Source of the DNA: a virus
Virus record (IMG/VR): IMGVR_UViG_3300034093_002316
Location: 3,930-67,929 of that record
DNA: 64,000 bases
Direction: 5' to 3' (one strand)
Shown here: positions 59,367 through 64,000 of the stretch, one piece after another
Position numbering within the stretch: the first letter of the stretch is position 1
How the letters are laid out: each line of letters starts with the position of its first letter
The notes under the pieces: model-generated
What the model was told of the DNA's origin: nothing
What the model saw: only the letters and a program-made list of their open reading frames with translations
Database searches by the model: none
Made by a program: the position numbers and the translations under genes

Positions 59367-59591
59367 TCATTCTAATGTTAATCCGCTTTCGCCACGTAAC
59401 TCATGTAACTTTTCTCTAATTTTTTCTACAGCTACATAAGCTTCGCCGATTAACTTGTCATTATATTTAAGTTCGGATCTTAAATGTTGATCTAAATCCC
59501 AAACCAACATCTTCCACTTCCAACCGTTGATAGCAGATTCCATATCTTCTCTATCTTCAAACGGATCAAATTCTATTGTTACTTTTGCCAT
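59367..59591 (-). CDS. Hypothetical protein
   Basis: ORF track. Confidence 0.6.
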   Translation of the reverse strand: MAKVTIEFDPFEDREDMESAINGWKWKMLVWDLDQHLRSELKYNDKLIGEAYVAVEKIREKLHELRGESGLTLE

Positions 59592-59767
59592 ATTATTTCA
59601 TTTTAAAAGTTATCTCTAATTAAATTACATTTTTCACATGATTCAAAGCTTGAACCATTATCCTTTCTGTATATCCATTTATATTTATGAATACAAAAAA
59701 AGTGCTGATGAAAAAATGTTTTTATTGATATCCATGTATTTCCTAACATTTTATTCTGATTTAAAGG

Positions 59768-59980
59768 TTATCTATATACTGTTGGTTGTCTGCTTGGCAA
59801 AAATTTATCCATCATGTTAAAAAACTCTCTATATTCTTTGAGTCTTTCATTCTGGTCTTCAATCCATTTTTCCTGTTTGCCAATATAGTATTTGATTAAT
59901 TTATTTTCTTCCGAATCATCTAGATTATCAATAAGTTTTTTAGCTTCTTTTAATTTGTAATCTGGTTTAAAAAATGCCAT
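59768..59980 (-). CDS. Hypothetical protein
   Basis: ORF track, coupled. Confidence 0.55.
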   Translation of the reverse strand: MAFFKPDYKLKEAKKLIDNLDDSEENKLIKYYIGKQEKWIEDQNERLKEYREFFNMMDKFLPSRQPTVYR

Positions 59981-59981
59981 C

Positions 59982-60188
59982 CTATTCTGATTTAAAGGTT
60001 AATTCTTTTATCCAATCTTCAAATTTTACCAATGGCAAACTGGCTCTATCACATCGTACACAAAATTCTGCATACTCAGTAGCCTTTGTTTCCTCCATTT
60101 CTTTGGCTTGTCGAATAATTGTGCTTAATTCTTTACCACTATGTAATTGTTCTACCAACCATTCTACTGCTGTCTGTTTCATAGCCAT
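59982..60188 (-). CDS. Hypothetical protein, KQTAVEWL..QAKEME family
   Basis: Paralog of 54080..54301; same TFKSE end. Confidence 0.65.
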   Translation of the reverse strand: MAMKQTAVEWLVEQLHSGKELSTIIRQAKEMEETKATEYAEFCVRCDRASLPLVKFEDWIKELTFKSE

Positions 60189-60931
60189 GTTATTTCATTT
60201 GTTATGTTATCCCACTCAAAATTAAATGGTAAATTTGCATATTCATATCGTTCATTTAAAACGGCTGCATTAAAGAAATGTGTATGTCCATCAAAATAAT
60301 ATCCGTATCCTTGATGTATATGTCCACAAACATGAATTTTAGGACGAATTTCATCTACTCGTTGTCTTAACATTTCACAACCAACATTAATTCTATTGTA
60401 TCGAACAAAATCTAAATGCCCATATGCTGGTCCGTGTGTCACAAGAATATCTGTATTGTCAGGTATTGCATCCCAACGCTTTTGCATTTCTTCTCCGTTA
60501 CGAGGTAAATTAAATGCCCAATTACAAAATTCCGGTTGCCATGGCGAACCATATATGCGAACATTTTCTTCTGGTGTATCTCCGTTAACGCCATCGTAGT
60601 ACAATACAAGTTCGTCATCTTGCAAGTACTCAATTGTTTTGTATCCAGTTAAATAACCTTTAGCCCAATCTGGATCATCTTGCATCATACGGTCATGATT
60701 GCCAGCAATGAATACTTTGGTATCATAGTTATTAATTGCATCAAACCAATTGAAAAACTCAACGGCTTCCGTTTTATAATAACCAGAATTCATAAAGTCA
60801 CCGGCATGAATCAAAATATCTCCACCCGGCAAATCTAGCGGTTGATCAGACTTGCGTAACGACTTTGTAGTTGAAAGTTGGTTATGTTTTGTGTGCGTAT
60901 CTGATATCAATGTAACTTTATGCTTTCCCAT
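60179..60931 (-). CDS. Metallophosphoesterase (MPPED/239FB-like)
   Basis: ISDTH, HAGD, AGNHD, YGSPWQP, THGP, CGHIH. Confidence 0.9.
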   Translation of the reverse strand: MGKHKVTLISDTHTKHNQLSTTKSLRKSDQPLDLPGGDILIHAGDFMNSGYYKTEAVEFFNWFDAINNYDTKVFIAGNHDRMMQDDPDWAKGYLTGYKTIEYLQDDELVLYYDGVNGDTPEENVRIYGSPWQPEFCNWAFNLPRNGEEMQKRWDAIPDNTDILVTHGPAYGHLDFVRYNRINVGCEMLRQRVDEIRPKIHVCGHIHQGYGYYFDGHTHFFNAAVLNERYEYANLPFNFEWDNITNEITWL

Positions 60932-60953
60932 ACTTTAATATAACCAAAATAAT

Positions 60954-61208
60954 TTAATAATCAAAATCTTCATCTTCTAATCCGTCCAACAAAGTATTAT
61001 CCCAGTCTGATAAGTCTTCTTCTGCTGGTAAATTAAATAAATAATGTTCCGTATGCAAATCGATAGCTTCAATCAATGTTTGTAACGGAATCCGGATAGG
61101 ACCATATTCGCCATCCGAACAATCAAATTCAACTGTATCATCTTCTATGGTCAAATATGCCTTACGACTCCAAGCCGCATCACCTTTATATACTACGGTT
61201 CGTTTCAT
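60954..61208 (-). CDS. Hypothetical protein
   Basis: ORF track; acidic tail DWDNTLLDGLEDE. Confidence 0.55.
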   Translation of the reverse strand: MKRTVVYKGDAAWSRKAYLTIEDDTVEFDCSDGEYGPIRIPLQTLIEAIDLHTEHYLFNLPAEEDLSDWDNTLLDGLEDEDFDY

Positions 61209-61440
61209 TTTGTTTCAAAATTTCAAATATTTTGTTTTGTATTTCTTCAATATTTGTCTCTGTCGCATCATCTGCATTGTAACATTCGAATTCCGATTTC
61301 CCCGTATCACTATCTGCAACAAGCAAAACATGATAATCAGTTAGTTCTTTTTTCAAGTCGCGTCTGAGTTTATCAAGCATTTCAACTTCTCCTAAAAAGT
61401 CTCTTTTAGGTATCCTAACTATAAAAATTGGTTTACTCAT
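61186..61440 (-). CDS. Hypothetical protein
   Basis: ORF track. Confidence 0.55.
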   Translation of the reverse strand: MSKPIFIVRIPKRDFLGEVEMLDKLRRDLKKELTDYHVLLVADSDTGKSEFECYNADDATETNIEEIQNKIFEILKQNETNRSI

Positions 61441-61443
61441 TTC

Positions 61444-61962
61444 TTATCTATTTATTCCTAATTCTATCAATGACTTAGGTGTGTAACTAACTCGTTCACA
61501 GGATACGCAAATATAACGTTCATCTGGTATTGGATCTTTTTTATATCCCCATTCGTAGACATCTTTCATAACTACTTTCTCATGAATGTGTCCGTGAATG
61601 TTATACTTTACTCGGTAATCCATTTCCATGGGATGTATTGGACAATGCGTTAAGAATAAGCCTTTGTATTGCACCATACCGGCAACGCTATCAACGTGTT
61701 GCATAAGTTTAACGACATGTGCCATTCTATCGTGGTTACCTAACACTACGTGCTTGCGGCCGTTAAGGCGATCCAATATATCATAGTTGGCCTTTTCCAT
61801 CGTCACATCCCCCAGAATATAGGTTACATCACGCTTATGCACGGTTTTATTCCATTGCGCCACAATGTATTCATCTTGTTCAGTCACCGATTCAAAACCT
61901 CTGTGACGAGCCATGTTCTCATGACCAAAATGTAAATCTGCTATGAATCTTACCGTACTCAT
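61444..61962 (-). CDS. Calcineurin-like phosphoesterase (start probably MSTVRF)
   Basis: ADLHFGH, LGD, LGNHD, THCP, HGHIH. Confidence 0.88.
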   Translation of the reverse strand: MSTVRFIADLHFGHENMARHRGFESVTEQDEYIVAQWNKTVHKRDVTYILGDVTMEKANYDILDRLNGRKHVVLGNHDRMAHVVKLMQHVDSVAGMVQYKGLFLTHCPIHPMEMDYRVKYNIHGHIHEKVVMKDVYEWGYKKDPIPDERYICVSCERVSYTPKSLIELGINR

Positions 61963-62371
61963 TTTATATAATATAAGAAATAAACATAAAAAACCCAAGC
62001 AGTTTCTGTTGATCAGACAGGCTTACTTGGGGTGATAATTGGTTATAAGGCTGAATGGTTGGGCCTCGTCAGGCAGCGCCAAAGCAGATTCTTTTTCCCA
62101 ATATCGAAAAGACCAGGTCGGGTGCGCAGATCTTACGGTATGCGTTCTGGTACTTGACCTGCAGATACTATCCACAGGGGAACTGTTACATCGATTACGG
62201 GTTCAATGTAAAAAACCTTTGTAGACTCCAGACCATAAAGTAAAGAGCAACTCTAGAACCGGAGAACTAGAGGGTTCCGTTATTTTCATAACGGTGAGTT
62301 ACATATAAATATCTGGATTTGTAAAACCCATCTCCGTTGAGGTAAGGAAACTCCATCCAATGTTTTTTGCG

Positions 62372-62464
62372 TAGTCAGGACAGGATTCGAACCTGTTAGG
62401 AGTTATTTATTGACTATTACCTCCGCCGCTCACTCGGTGCGTCTACCAATTCCGCCACCTGACT
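62372..62464 (-). ncRNA. tRNA-like RNA 2 (Leu-type D arm, aberrant anticodon arm)
   Basis: AGTCAGG-TG-GCGGAATTGGTAGACGC ... ACAGGTTCGAATCCTGT-CCTGACT-A. Confidence 0.75.
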
Positions 62465-62654
62465 ATTTTTTCATTTCTTCTAACATTCTATCTAACTCTT
62501 TACCATACTTCTTTGACTTCTCTAATCGTTCTTCAGATTGTTTAATTAACTCCTGACAGTCAATTGAGGGTTTTGACTTAAATAAGTTTATTGTGATTAA
62601 TACAATTAAACTACCCACCAAGCTTCCAATAATTCCGTACAATATTAATTCCAT
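62463..62654 (-). CDS. Small membrane-anchored protein between two tRNA-like RNAs
   Basis: N-terminal TM plus short coiled coil. Confidence 0.6.
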   Translation of the reverse strand: MELILYGIIGSLVGSLIVLITINLFKSKPSIDCQELIKQSEERLEKSKKYGKELDRMLEEMKK

Positions 62655-62669
62655 AGTTTTTAATTTTAG

Positions 62670-62815
62670 TAGTCAGGACAGGACTCGAACCTGTAAGACC
62701 GAAATTCCCACGGGCGAATAGCTAATTCCCTCGTACCCAGTCGCTTTCCAAGCGTTGCGTTTACCATATCAAGCACATACCATTACTCTTTGTACTATCA
62801 TTCCGCCACCTGACT
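62670..62815 (-). ncRNA. tRNA-like RNA 3 (146 nt; insertions in D-loop and variable region)
   Basis: AGTCAGG-TG-GCGGAAT[insert of roughly 33 nt]TGGTAAACGC; CGC-TTGGAAA-GCG; ACAGGTTCGAGTCCTGT-CCTGACT-A. Confidence 0.7.
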
Positions 62816-62823
62816 ATATTTTG

Positions 62824-62895
62824 CACGCCTCCAAGGACTCGAACCCTGACGAATGGATTTGGAATCCATTATGCTACCAATTACATCAAAGACGC
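62824..62895 (-). tRNA. tRNA-Trp(CCA)
   Basis: Full cloverleaf; anticodon arm ATGGA-TTCCAAA-TCCAT. Confidence 0.92.
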
Positions 62896-63024
62896 AAATA
62901 AAAACATTCAGAGGCCAAACGGGGTCAAAACATTGGGCTATTTTTTCCTAAGCCTTCCTATTTCTAGAGCTTCGGACTCCGTTCCTTTTCCCAACTTACA
63001 ACCTTTTACGCTTGAATGTTTTTG

Positions 63025-63103
63025 TAGTCAGGGTAGGATTCGAACCTACACTCGGTGATACTTTCTAGAATCGCTCATTCCGATGCCTCAACTTTTCCTG
63101 ACC
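63025..63103 (-). ncRNA. tRNA-like RNA 4 (no recognisable D arm)
   Basis: GGTCAGG ... GTAGGTTCGAATCCTAC-CCTGACT-A. Confidence 0.65.
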
Positions 63104-63168
63104 AATGCACTGGTTATATTCTTCGGAATAACCCAACCATCATACTGCGCCTGGCGTGCCACCAATCG

Positions 63169-63241
63169 TTGCGGAGGCAGGACTCGAACCTGCGATCCTA
63201 GCTTATGAGACTAGGCGGATAACCATCTTCCACACTCCGCG
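63169..63241 (-). tRNA. tRNA-Met(CAT), initiator-like C1-A72 mismatch
   Basis: CGCGGAG/CTCCGCA acceptor; CTAGT-CTCATAA-GCTAG anticodon arm. Confidence 0.88.
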
Positions 63242-63247
63242 ATATTG

Positions 63248-63329
63248 TACTCAGGGAGAGACTCGAACTCTCACGCCTTGCGGCACCGGATCCTAAATCC
63301 GGAGTGACTACCAATTCCACCACCCAAGC
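63248..63329 (-). tRNA. tRNA-Leu(TAG)
   Basis: CCGGA-TTTAGGA-TCCGG arm; variable arm GCC-GCAA-GGC; A73. Confidence 0.93.
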
Positions 63330-63403
63330 AAATTGCCTGTCTTTCCAGGCTGTACAACAAGGATATTCTTATGCGCTTCACGGACTCTCTTGTGCTTCCT
63401 TTG

Positions 63404-63475
63404 TATTCCGTACGAGATTCGAACTCGTGCCTCTGCTTAGAAAGAGCAGCGTGTTAACCACTTCACTAACGGAAC
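63404..63475 (-). tRNA. tRNA-Glu(TTC)
   Basis: CTGCT-CTTTCTA-AGCAG arm; full cloverleaf. Confidence 0.9.
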
Positions 63476-63478
63476 ATT

Positions 63479-63631
63479 TTAAATACCTGTATACGATAAA
63501 AAATTGCGATACTCATCATTTTCAATTTCACACAAACGATCCGAACATTCATCATATGTGCCTATTTTCAAAATGCGGCCGGTATAATCTACCAATTGCC
63601 AAGCTGTGTCGCCAAATTTAATAATCTCCAT
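63479..63631 (-). CDS. Small hypothetical protein (start probably MEIIKF)
   Basis: AAAGAG-ATG leader downstream of the promoter at 63652-63680. Confidence 0.5.
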   Translation of the reverse strand: MEIIKFGDTAWQLVDYTGRILKIGTYDECSDRLCEIENDEYRNFLSYTGI

Positions 63632-63651
63632 CTCTTTATTTTTATACTTTA

Positions 63652-63680
63652 AATATAAGAAATAAATCAATCGAATCCAA
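63652..63680 (-). promoter_or_regulatory. TTGGAT-N17-TATATT promoter probably driving the tRNA cluster
   Basis: Same architecture as the early cassette with a TTGGA -35; similar sites near 9521, 55750, 58066 and 63995. Confidence 0.65.
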
Positions 63681-63685
63681 CCTTT

Positions 63686-63952
63686 TTATAAACTTTTTGC
63701 CAAATTAATTAATATGTCTTCTTGTTCTGGAGTTAATTGATAACGAGATTGATTAATCTTGTTCATCATTTCTGCCCATTCGTGGTCCACAGGATTACCG
63801 TCGATGCCATCGGCATCTTCACTAGCACGGAATACTTGTTTCTTTTCTAAGAAACCATCTTGTTCTAGCAACTCGATTAATTCTTCTTTTTCGCAACGAT
63901 TTAATTCATCATAAAAATCATCTACGTCAATATCAATATCAATGTATGGCAT
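63686..63952 (-). CDS. Acidic hypothetical protein
   Basis: AATAAGAGATT-ATG leader and promoter upstream. Confidence 0.6.
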   Translation of the reverse strand: MPYIDIDIDVDDFYDELNRCEKEELIELLEQDGFLEKKQVFRASEDADGIDGNPVDHEWAEMMNKINQSRYQLTPEQEDILINLAKSL

Positions 63953-64000
63953 AATCTCTTATTTTTCTATAATATAAGAATAAAAATTCAAATATCCAAC

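Noticed and set aside
61990-62312. tmRNA, RNase P RNA or hammerhead ribozyme
   Set aside because: No tRNA-Ala-like ends or tag ORF, no recognisable RNase P P4 motifs, and CUGAUCA/GAAA are not arranged as a hammerhead three-way junction.
63025-63103. Amber-suppressor tRNA (TTCTAGA) and stop-codon recoding
   Set aside because: No proper anticodon stem surrounds CTA; long genes are intact in code 11 and TAG is used as a stop (e.g. 10181).
2432-63621. Many short ORFs antisense to, or out of frame within, the called genes (e.g. 2432, 7156, 23018, 29557, 34028, 34732, 42482, 44577, 63304)
   Set aside because: Shadows of well-supported genes or tRNAs, with no motifs of their own.

Overview
This AT-rich 64 kb window looks like part of a large contractile-tailed (T4-like/jumbo) phage genome. 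The host is probably Bacteroidota, suggested by DUF4494-like, Hc1-like and DUF4884-like genes. Nearly all genes are on the minus strand. Layout: 1-11.9 kb has a partial HNH endonuclease, a nucleotidyltransferase fusion, an Mre11-Rad50 fusion, primase, a T7-endo-I-like resolvase and a kinase. 11.9-26 kb is a baseplate/tail module. 26-43 kb holds a gp55-like late sigma, HD hydrolase, UVDE and many unrelated proteins sharing an N-terminal 'MIRLKxLLxE' leader (probable capsid-targeting propeptide). 43.8-50.6 kb is a block of small early genes, most with their own TTGACA-N17-TATATT promoter and an AGAGAG-AT-ATG leader, plus a sigma-70 and an AAA ATPase. This block is bracketed by a G/C-tract region and a phased CTAAAAAT array. 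51-62 kb has small accessory genes and 62-63.5 kb is a tRNA cluster. The three best candidates for new biology are: (1) three copies of an RNA element, one inside a ~360-nt structured ncRNA, that is antisense to the shared start-codon leader of the early genes; (2) four tRNA-like RNAs with a conserved acceptor/T-arm frame and freely variable interiors; (3) the shared capsid-targeting leader on enzymes such as a kinase and a lysozyme. All assignments come from motif recognition by eye; no database searches were run.
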